64,000 nt of DNA. Origin: Cycas panzhihuaensis. Lineage: Eukaryota; Plantae; Cycadophyta. The DNA is taken from positions 187,557,741-187,621,740 of the forward strand of contig CM041465.1 in assembly GCA_023213395.1 (NCBI GenBank), written 5' to 3'. This document shows, piece by piece, positions 11,701 through 22,950 of this stretch. The notes under the pieces were generated by a model, which was not told the origin of the DNA, did no database searches, and saw nothing but the letters and a program-made list of their open reading frames with translations. Position numbers and translations under genes: made by a program. The first letter of the stretch is position 1. Every line of letters starts with the position of its first letter.

Positions 11701-14700
11701 GGAAGAAATGAATCCCTTAGGTAGTATTCATTTGTTTCAGGAATATATATAACCACATCATTATCCTCCATGATTGTAAATGCCATTTTCTAGCACCACG
11801 TCCCTTTTTCAATCAACAAATTCACCCATCAATCTCAACAAACTTTCTCATGTCTCATGCCCCTCATATTACTGACTTCATCATCACATCATTGCCTTAT
11901 GCATCTCACATATGCCAAATAGTCACATACAAAGAATATCTAAAACACTTACTTCACCATAGGATCAAGGCTTATACCACATACATCTCACAGAAATCAT
12001 GCATACCTCACGTCACCATTAAATCGCCAAGACACATCACACTTCACTTGATTGCTAAAAAATACAACTCATTACTCATATGTAACTCAATAAAGTCTTT
12101 CAACAAACTCATCCTTCTTTCCCTGTTCACATCATAAAACATGCCTAATTTCATCCTAAAATATGCCCAACAAATGTCCAATCTTGTCATGTAACCTCAC
12201 ATGCAATAAGCACCTCATTACCTCAAATCATCATTTTTCTTATCCTCAAATTTACCTTATCATGCCCATAAAGCTCCTTCAAGTAAATCACATTCCAAGA
12301 AGCACTAAACACATGCACCGTACTATGTCATCATCACAATAGCTCTCTCATAGAACACATGTAAGAAAGCACTCAAATTGCCATTAAACAATCACCATCA
12401 TACATCTCAAATCACTAATAGAGTGCCAAATACATTCACATCAACATGACTTAACGTCATCTCACATTACAAAGTACTCTCCCATGTATAATACACAAAA
12501 AAAAGCCTCAAATAGTCACCTCATCAATGCATCATATCATCAAAGTACTCTCATATAATCGCATGCTAAAGAGCACTATATCACTAACATGCCTCACAAA
12601 CTCTCCCATGCACTTACATGCAAGATAACTAACATCGCCAACTTCTTTATTTCACCATATGCATGTCTCATCATCACAACCATGCCTCATATCACCAATG
12701 AGTTAGGTATTCAAAGACACTCACAAGCATTGCCATATCACAAAGTTACCTCATATTGCAACATTACTCAACTTATGTAAATCACATGCAAGATAGCATT
12801 ATGCCAATGCCAAATGTCACTACTTTGTCGTCAATTAAGAGTGCAAAACACTTATATCACCTCATTACCATTGCCTCATTCATATCATCATATCAATATG
12901 AAACCCTTAAATTCTCAAAAAACTTATTTCTTAAAAAAAATATAGCTCAAAAATACATAAAATATGGATGGAAATGATGGCCTCTAAAATACAATTCCAA
13001 CAGTTCAGAGAAAATTAAATTCTGATATCTAGATCAAAAGTTATGCCCCTTTTAAAAATTTTACAATTAGGGTTTCTAGGGGTTATAATAGTACCTTCTG
13101 ATAAACTGCTAATAACATTTTATTCTGAACTCTGATGAACCTCAAACCACTTCTATTAGAAAGTCAATTAAAAAATGCACAGAATCAAAAAACATTTGAG
13201 GTCATTTAGATACCAATAGCCAAAGTTATGGCTCCTTGAAGTTGAGGTTGTAGATCTGTCCCAAAAAATACAACGACGGAAAAAAACAGGCCGAAATTAA
13301 TTCTGCTGCAATTTTCACACTTTCACCCTAAAATCTATAGTGCGACCACTAAAAATTTATAGAATGAGCCATTTCGTCTCGATTTTGCCATTACTTTTCA
13401 GAAATTTCAACGTTTATTATCTCGAATATGCTTTTAACCCTTGATGGCGCCGCCCAAATCATCGCTCCAATACCGAAAAAAAACACCTCTCTCAACCTAG
13501 GCTCTTTGATACCATGTTGGAAAATAGAACCTGCAATAAGATATATTCACAAATAGAACAAAAACACCTCCACAGGATCGAATGGTACCCTTAAGGTACC
13601 TCCATTATATTAACAAAACATCATTACAACATGATTACATGTGATACACTATGTATGTATTTATAATATATGACATGATAGTGAGAGTAGGACCCACTTG
13701 CATGTGGAACAAAACAAATGTGCATTATCAATATTCCAACAATAAGAAGTGATACAGACTTGATTACATCTATAAAGAGCTAGTTAGAAAAAGTTTTTGA
13801 AATGACTGATCTTGGGATGCTTGACTACTACCTTGGAATTGAGGTAACATAGTTAAAGGATTCTCTCACTCTGTCTCAATCCAAATACATCAAGAATATG
13901 TTGAAAAAAATCAACATGGAAAATTTTAATAGTTGTGCCACACCTATGGAAATAGGTTGTGTGTTGAACCTTGACACAGAAGGTCAGGTAGTAAATGCAA
14001 CCACATACAGACAACTGGTTAGAAGTCCGATATACCTCATTACTACTATACTAGACATCTCCTATTTAGTTGGAGTAATTTCCATATTTATGCAAGAACC
14101 AAAAATATCACATTGGAATGCAGCAAAAAGAATACTCAGATATTTAAAAGAAACAATAAATCTGGGTTTGAATTATACAAAAATTGATATCATACAACTC
14201 ACAGGTTATAGTGACTCAAATTGGGCATGAGATAAAACAGATAGAAATTCAACAACAGGTTATTTCTTTTCTTTGGAATCGGCAGTAATATCTTGGAGCA
14301 ACAAAAAATAGCCCACAGGTCCTTATCTTCCATAGAAGCTAAATACAAGTCAGAAGTAAGTGCAACCTGTGAAGCTATTTGGTTCAAACAATTATTAAAA
14401 GACTTGGATCAAGAACAGAAGTCTCCTACCATTTTGTTTTGTGACAATCAAAGCACAATCAAGATGACCAAAAATCACATTCTTCATGCAAGAACAAAAC
14501 ATCTAGAGGTTCATCATTATTTTATAAGGGAGAATGTTTAAACCAAGGAGATCGAGTTGCTACATTGCATATCAGATGAACAAACTGCTGACATATTTAC
14601 AAAGCCACTAAGCAAAGACAAGTTCCAATTCCTCAGAGATAAATTAGGAATAAAATAAATAAAACATTAACAGAGGGTGTTAAGAGTAATATTTTATCTA

Positions 14701-14923
14701 AGCTTTATAATACTTCTCTATTGTATTGTTATGAGGGTTGTGTCATTCCCCTTTTCTCTTATCTTGTGACAAGTAGCACACATGCCTTAAGCCTTGTCCA
14801 AGATTCATGTACATAGTATTGTATTTATAGAGGGTTCTCCCTCATTAATGACAATCAATCTATTGAGAGTTTTACAGTGTCTTTTCAAATCTCTTGTCTA
14901 AACCATGAGTCATTAGCCTGACA
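8737..14923 (+). mobile_element. Ty1/Copia element A (integrase-RT-RNase H-PPT-3' LTR), degenerate; its 5' half is not in the window
   Basis: Integrase (SDGGGEY, PQSNGVVE), RT (LYGLKQSPRAW, YVDD) and RNase H (CDNQS, HARTKH). PPT at about 14670-14677 and an LTR from 14678 related to the LTRs of element D. The LTR 3' end is approximate. Confidence 0.88.
10383..13741 (-). mobile_element. Non-autonomous Copia-derived LTR element N1 (TR-GAG/LARD-like, 3359 bp)
   Basis: 227-bp LTRs at 10383-10609 and 13515-13741 (about 8 differences), TSD ATAAG. PBS TGGTATCAAAGAGC at 13501-13514 and PPT at 10610-10620. Copia gag N-terminal remnant (PKWNGEDYFFWTIKMR...RGLW) with no integrase or RT. Confidence 0.95.
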
Positions 14924-16392
14924 CGAAATTAGCCTCAATTGAGTTCACTAACAATGGGCAAGCAAAAAGCCCCATAAAATAGAGCAAAAATCACATGGAA
15001 TGACATACAGGACTTGTGCCACTGACATGCCCAAAGATTCAACAAAAAATTTGAACTGAAAATGCTCAAGAAAACTTTTTTTTCTTGCCACCTATTTGTC
15101 GCCGTCGACTTCCATAGGGAATATTTAATGGAATATTTCAAATTGAAAACTTTGGATATGATTTATTTTTTACTTTTCTAATATTAAGTGAAATTAAATC
15201 ATATTTTATAAAATGTGATGTTTGCTTTTGAAGCCCCCTTCATTTCAACCTCCCGTCATGTGGAGTACAAGGTGCCAGGTCAATTTCTGAGCAATCTAGA
15301 GGCCGTTTTTGGCATGTGAATATACCACGAAGCTTCTTTTTTTGAGATCTTTTGGTAGTGGTCACATGTTGATGTTATATGTTTTTTTCTAGAGAAAATT
15401 GAAATTTATGTGTTTTTTAGCTAATTTTGGCTTCTTACAAGTAGACCAAGGAAATAAAAACACCTATACCAACTAGTTGCGTGTAGACTAAAGTATTTTA
15501 CAATTTTCACCCTTTATTTCTATGTTGCTTTGGTTGTTTTTCTAGTTAATTTTGTGTGTGATTAGACAAAATGGCTAGCGGAAGGGGTATAATGGGTCTT
15601 GTCATAGAAAAACTAATTGGTCTTAAAAATTATGCTACTTGAAAACATCAAATGTTTAGATTTTTTCCATTTAAATAATTTATGGTAGTATGTTGATAAT
15701 TTTGTAATGGGTAAAGATGCATAAAAAATCATTGCTTTCAAGAATAAACTAAATGTAGATGCTGAATTCAATAAGGAATATGAAGCTAAGATGTGGATCA
15801 CAGATGGATTTCTTAGCTTGTCAATAAGTGGGAACATCATAATGAACATCAAAGGCACCACTACACTAAAGCAGATGTGGGACATAGTTATCAACCTGTT
15901 CAAACATAAAGTTGATGTGAGAGCCCTGAATCCGCGGTCAACTTTACAGTTTGAAGCAAACAGACACCATGGTTGAACATATACAACACGTTAAGTCCCT
16001 TTAGGAGCAACTGATGACAATAGGAGAGATTATAACAGTCCTGGCATTTGTTACCTAAACATTCAAAGATATACAAGTAAACCCCAAATGAAAAAACTAA
16101 GAAAGCAAATGGAAATTTTGATGATTGATCTTCAAATAAAGAGCAACAAATTTGACTAATAAAAAATGATTAACTTTTTACTAGAAAGTGGAGATTTATT
16201 TATAGTAGTGGGTTGTACAACCTTTCACAATGATCTCCTTTGGACACCAACTAATCACTATTAACCTAATGCTAAAGCACTCTTAAACTATGTGCAAACT
16301 ATTAATTCTAATGCACTCCAACTTGTGGCAATCATAGTGCTAATGCTATTATTAACTTACTTATTGCTAACCTAGTTTCATTTATTTACTTA

Positions 16393-16439
<47 letters not shown>

Positions 16440-16480
16440 ATATATAAATAGATATACACACACATAGAGAGAGAGAGAGA
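16393..16480. repeat. Compound microsatellite (TATC)n/(TA)n/(CA)n/(GA)n inside the 3' LTR of N2
   Basis: Seen directly in the sequence. Confidence 0.9.
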
Positions 16481-16819
16481 CCTGCTACATTCCCTTTCCC
16501 TCTAAGAGATGGTTGCCCTCAACCATCAATGGGAAGACACATATTACCACCTCTTGCTGCTATTAGAATATCTAGGTAGATGCATCATCCTTGTGCCAAA
16601 GTGTGGAGATTATTGCTACATCTATTATTGGAGGAGAATGATACTTCATGTACACATGTCCTATCAAATGGAAATATGTATTAGCGAAATGTGACCCTTT
16701 TTGTTGGCTTTCATCATCAAAGAAGTGAGGACCCATGGTATAATAAATTAGAGATCCAAAAGGGTAGAGACCTAAATCCTCTTATAACATGTCAAGATTG
16801 TAGACTTTAGAGGGAAGAA

Positions 16820-16935
16820 AGTCCACATTGTCATCCAAAAATGCCACCTTGAAGGTGGGGGAGAGTCCTCCTTATGATCCAAAATACCACCTTGAAGGGG
16901 AAAGAGTGTCTTATCATCCAAAATTTCACCTTGTA
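16820..16935. repeat. Short tandem repeat, 3 degenerate copies (core ATCCAAAAnnnCACCTTG)
   Basis: The core recurs three times at about 40-45 bp spacing. Confidence 0.7.
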
Positions 16936-19900
16936 CAATAGATGACACATTGTCTTCTTCCTAGCTAACTGAGTCTAGGATGATTACATTGTCATTTGGT
17001 GGAGATGTGAGTGAAGGGACTTCAATATGCTCATTAGAAGTTGTTGAAAAGAAAAAAGTTGCCTCGATAATTGGGAATTCAATAGATTCAATTTTCCCAA
17101 GTTCTTCTTCTTTCTTGGTCTCTCCTTTCGCAAATGTACTTTGACTAGAAAATATTTCTTCAATGCATTGTCAAAGAATCAAAATGAAGTCATCCCAATA
17201 GGCCATGTTGTGTTCAGAGTGCCATGAGCATACCCACCACATGAGGTGATCTTCCAAATGCAAAGAACTTTGACAAATCTTCTCATATTCATTCTTCAAG
17301 TTGATCTCATTGAAATATGCAAGTAAGGTGGCATTCCAATCTTCAAAAATGACCGAAAAATGAAGGCTAAAATGAAAAATTTTGGTCTTGGTTGGAGCCC
17401 AAGGCCATACCATGATGATGTTTTTTGTTTTTTAATTTGACAAGGAAAAAAAAAAATGCTACGACTTCAAGAGCAATGGCTTTCCAGCCAAAATTCAAAC
17501 GACCTCAACACAGTGTAAACAATTACAATATAAGCCATCGCGAACTATAAGACCTAACTTCAAAGATTAATATCTAGTACCAAATAACACCAAAATAAGT
17601 CACATAATAGCTTAAAATGAAGCCCTTGAAATGTAGATTCTATTGGATTAGACAAAATTGAATTTCGAGTCCATATGAAGAAGATATGGGCTAAAGTGTA
17701 TAGGTAGTTACCAAGTTTTCGAAAAGACTCCTTTAATTAGCCTTAAGCCATTTGTAAATGTTGACTTGGTCACCTTTTACCACCCATGTGACCTCCTATT
17801 AACAACAAAGGGTGGACTTCACTTGAAATTGAAATAGAGTTGAATGTTTATAACTTAAAGTTATGAACTATGCCAAAAAATAAAGTTTTAAATATTCGCC
17901 CTCCATGATCAACGACTAGCAAATGACAATGGACGGTGAGGTTCATAGACCATTTTTGGGCTTTACATAGTGCAGATTTGTTTGAAATTGAAGAAGGTAG
18001 TGTGCCCCTCCATCTATTACAATCCCTCGTTTAAAAGAATCAAAATCATTGTGTGTGGAGGGAGATCCAATTTGCCAAACAAAGCATGGAAAATAGGTGA
18101 GCAATTAGTGAATGACCACTTCATACATGGATTTCTCATCAAGTTCTCAACATGTCTCAACGAAACTTGAAGGAGAGGTGTGCCCCTTGTAGAACACACT
18201 CATAGAAAGAAATTGCTCTAAATTGTTAAGGCATAGAGTTTTTGCACTCCAAACAACAACAACTCTCATGGCCAATGGTGACAAACAGAAATAGATTTTG
18301 ATCACTTTCTTCAACGATCTAAGTACAAAACTTCATGGGAAACAATGCTTTAGATTCCAACACCTTTGTGGGAAAGCAACAACTAGAAATAAATGTAGAT
18401 AAAACCTCCTTTGGTGCCCAAAATGGAGGCACATAGTCTCACCACGTACCAGCTCTAGAAACCCCTCCAATTTAGCAAATTCATAAAATCCAGCTTATCC
18501 AATAGTGAAAAATCAATAGCAACCTTGAAGTAGCGAAGCCAAAGTGAGTGCAACAGTCTTGCAAACCTCCTAATGAGATCATGTCCTCCAAAGATGCATT
18601 AGAATGGGAGGCGATGAAAATGTTGCCAAGTATCACTACACTAACACCACCTATAATAGACCTAGCATTTATTACCTAAACATTCAAAGATATGCAAGTA
18701 AACCACAAATGGGAAAACCAAGGAAGCAAATGGAAATTTTGATGATCTTCAAATGAAGAACAATAGATTTGTTTGATAAATGATGATTAACTTTTTATAA
18801 GAAAGTGGAGATTTATTTATAGCACTAGGGTGCATGACCCTCCATAATGAGCTCCATTAAACACCAAATAATCACTACTAAATCTAATGCTAAAGAACTC
18901 TTAAGCTATATGCAAATTATTTACTCTAATGCACTCTAACATGTGGTATTCATAATGCTAATGCTATCATTAACCTACTTATTGCTAAGCTAGTCTCACT
19001 TATTTACTATATGGACGTGAAACCCACTACAGAGAGTACTTGATTCAAAAAATATTGCCTATATTTTGAGAAGTCTACCAACTGAATATGAAAATTTTAC
19101 TACCACATTGACACTTTCAGATAAACTGTCCAATTCGACGATCAGTTCTTTGGAATCTCTACTTTTGGTACATGAGCAAAAGCTGAAGGATATGCATGAT
19201 GAATCATTTGGAGCATTGGCATCTAGATGGAAGGGCAAAAGTTGTACATTCCAAAGAAGAACACAAATTTTAAGCCTACAGTTCAAAAGGATAAATCGAG
19301 AGGATCAAAGGGACAATATAAACCTAAATGCTATTATTGTGGAGAACTAGGACATATAAAGAAGGACTATTGGAAACGGTATCGATAATAGTGTCAACAA
19401 CAACCTTAATAGCAACTCCAACAACGAAAGCAACAATAATGACAACAATGTCTATTTGGACAACGTGACCACATAACAAATGCAATAGAGATTGCACTTG
19501 CTAAAATAGCAAAGCAACCATTTGGTGTTGCATATAAAATGAGGTATGATGCACAAGAGGTTTGGTTTATTGATTGAGGTGCATCAAGGCACATAACTGG
19601 AAAACTGGAATGGTTTTACCAGATGTGGGAATCGAATTAGAAGGTCGCCATTGGGGATGACACCAATCTGGAGGCAATAGGAGTTGGAAAGGTACCATTC
19701 ATCGTGTCAAATGGTGAATGGAAATACTTGGAGAATGTTTTATATATGCCTAATTTGAAGGCCAGTCTCGTTTTTATGGGCAAAATTAAACAATGGAATA
19801 TGACTATAACATTTTCTTGAGGACAATGCATGGTATGAGACAAATAAAACAAGATTGTAGCCAAAAGGCTTAGAGATAATAATCTGTACAAATTGTAGGG

Positions 19901-20952
19901 ACAGTTTGAAGTACAAAGATTGTTCTTTGTTATAACTCCAAAGCAGAAATTATGGTATGAACGAATGGGCTATTTGAAGTGTTCTAGCCTCCAATGGATG
20001 CATAAATTGAAAATGGTGCATGGTCTTACTTTGATTAATGTTAAAAATTATTTGTGTGAATCGCGAGTCTTTAGAAAACAACACAAAGAATTGTTTCCGG
20101 AAAAAAAAACATGGAGAGTTAAAGAGAAGCTTGGTTTGGTTCACTTAGATATTTGTGGATCAATATTTGTCATATTGCTTAGAACAGTGAGATATTTTAT
20201 CACTTTCATTGATAATTTTTCACGAAAATTTTGAGTTTTTCCACTAAAGGAGAAATTGCAAACCTTCACCTATTTCAAATAGTGCAGGGAGTTGGCAGAG
20301 AATGAAAGTGGACATAAAATCAAGATCTTGCGAACTGATAATGGTAGTGAATGCACATCAAATGAACTTAATGAATTCTACAAGGACCACAGAATTAGAA
20401 AGTAGTTTGTTACTACCTAAGTGCCTCAACAAAATGGAGTTGTCGAGCGAATGAATAGAATTTTGGTTGAGAAAGCCAAATGTATGATGAAATGCAAAAA
20501 TGGATTAGACTTTTTATGGGCTGAAATTGTGAACACAACTGCATATCTGATGAATAGAAGCACTACAAAGGTTATTAGAAACAAAACCCCTGAGGAGGCC
20601 TGGTTAGATAAAAAGTTGATTGTTTTGTCATTTGAGATTTTTTTAGTGTACAACATACATGCATACACCAAAGAAAAAATGACAAAAGTTAGATGACAAA
20701 AGCATGGAGTGCATCCCTATGAGATACTCTGAAGAAAGTAAAGCTTAAAGTGTTTACAAGTTGTTGACTAGCAATGTACACACGACTTGTGATGTAATTT
20801 TCAATGAAGATGATAGTAAAGATGATGGTTCAATTGAAGTTGAGGAGTAGATTGAGACGTCACTTGAAATGTTAATCAACCTAAATTTGAAACATTTGGC
20901 ATTGGTGAAGTAGCAAAGTTGAAATCCTTCCAATTTCTAAAATTTGAATCTA

Positions 20953-21185
20953 AGCAAATGTCGAAGAGAGAGTTAAAATTGAAGCTAGAGAAACCTTCCT
21001 CATCTTCGCCTTCATCTTCACAGAAAAAACTTCCTAAATGGTACTTAAAAACTATGGAGGATGATGAAAAAGCAAATATTGAAGATAGACTCAAAGTTGA
21101 AGCTAGAGAAACTTTACACACCTTCACCTTCATCTTCCAAGAAAAACCATCCTAAATGGTACTTAAAAATTGCGGAGGATGCTCA
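20953..21185 (+). repeat. 118-bp tandem duplication in the Copia B INT-RT linker
   Basis: GAAGCTAGAGAAAC...CCTAAATGGTACTTAAAAA starts at 20981 and again at 21099. Confidence 0.85.
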
Positions 21186-22950
21186 AAGGTTGTTATCTGA
21201 ATAAGAAGGAAAGCAAAAATCATAGATTCAACCTTTCAATCAAGTGAATATTGTTGTTATGGCACGTGTGTTGGATACTAATGAACCGTCAATGATTAAG
21301 GAAACAGTTAAAGAGTAGAAGTGGAATGACGCTATGGGTACTAAAATCCAAGCTGTTAAGAAGAACCACACCTGGGATTTGGCCGAATTGGCTACTAGAA
21401 AGCATGCAATCAGTTGCAAATAGATCTACAGAACCAAGTATAAATTTGATGGATTTGTAGACAAATTCAAGGCTAGACTTGTAGTGAAAGGCTTCAAGCA
21501 GCAAGAAGGGATTGACTACCAAGAAACATTTGCTCATGTTGGAAAGATGAATCATATTTACCTCATTGTAGCAATGGCTGCATAGTTCAATCTGCAGTTT
21601 TGCTAGATGGATGTAAAAAATGTATTTCTAAATGGGCATTTGACAAAAGAAGTCTACATGGAGCAGCCACTTGGCTTTGTGGAAAAAGGTCAAAAGCACT
21701 TGGTATGCTGACTTAGAAAGGCCTTGTACGGCCTAAAATGGGTTCTAAGATCTTGGTATGAAAAGATTGATCAACACTTTCTCAAAAATATGTTTGAAAG
21801 ACCTCCAATTGACTTAAATATGTATATCAAAGTCTTAGATAATAAAGTCATGTTTGTGGTGTTGTACATTGATGACTTGATCACAAGTAATGATATTGAT
21901 ATGATATCAAACTTGAAAGCAGATCTTAGTCATTTCTTCAAGGTAATGGATTTGGGAGTTCTACACTACTTCCTTAAAATGTAAGTATGGAAAAGGCCTA
22001 AATGTGTCTTCATCTCGCAAGTGAAATACACTTGAGAAATTCTGAAGAAATTTAGAATAGTTGGTTACAAGCTTGCGCTTACCCCCATGGAGACAAGTTC
22101 CAAATTAACAATTGAAGATGGTGGAGCAAATATGGATGCAATAATGTCTAAACAATGGATGGGTAGTCTAATATGCTTGATTACTATCAAACCTGACATT
22201 TCATTTGCAGTTGGAATGGTGTCTAAGTCTATGGCAGCACCAAAAGAAAGTCATTGAAAAGTTATAAAAAGGATCCTTAGATACTTGAAGGGGACTATCC
22301 AATATGGACTTGAATTTATACATAACAATAACTTCAAGTTAGTAGGATTTACAAATTTTGATTGGGCCAAATGTGCAAAAAGTGGAAGGTCAACTTTTAG
22401 ATACTATTTTAGTTTGGGATCAATTGTCATCACTTGGAGCAATAAAAAGCAATCACATGTTGCTTTGCCTTTAACTAAAGTAGAGTACAAGGTTGTAGCT
22501 GTAGTTGCTACTGAAGCCATTTGGTTATGATGGATTTTGGGAGACATAGGACTATATCAGTTAGAACCAATTGTATTGTACTGTGGTAATTAGAGCACAT
22601 TGAAGATTGTAAGGAACTCCGTGTTCCATGCTCACACCAAACATATTGAGGTGCACCATCATTTTATTCACAAACTAATTCAGAATAGAGTTATTGAACG
22701 GTGTACAAGTCAACGAAAGAACAATTGGTGGACATCTTCATCAAACCAATGGTATATGATAAAATTCAGGATGATTTAGGTGTTAGAATAAATGATATAA
22801 ATATTAAGAGGGGGTCTTGAATGTTAATATATATTTGGCTCATAACTATACATTATGAGCCTTCCCCCTTGTTTAAGTATTATTATTATTAATTTTTTAT
22901 TTGTAATGTAGGAATGGTACTCAACATTTCACACATGAATTGATCATTAG

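Larger units (their letters stand above)
16031..19031 (-). mobile_element. Non-autonomous chromovirus-derived LTR element N2 (~3.0 kb), old
   Basis: Diverged direct repeats at 16031-16489 and 18652-19031, imperfect TSD GAGAT/GAGAG, PPT (TTCCCTTTCCCTCT on +) at 16490-16503. Gypsy gag remnant at 17171-17413 and a chromovirus-like 3' end remnant at about 16500-16700. Interrupts the Copia B gag. Confidence 0.8.
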
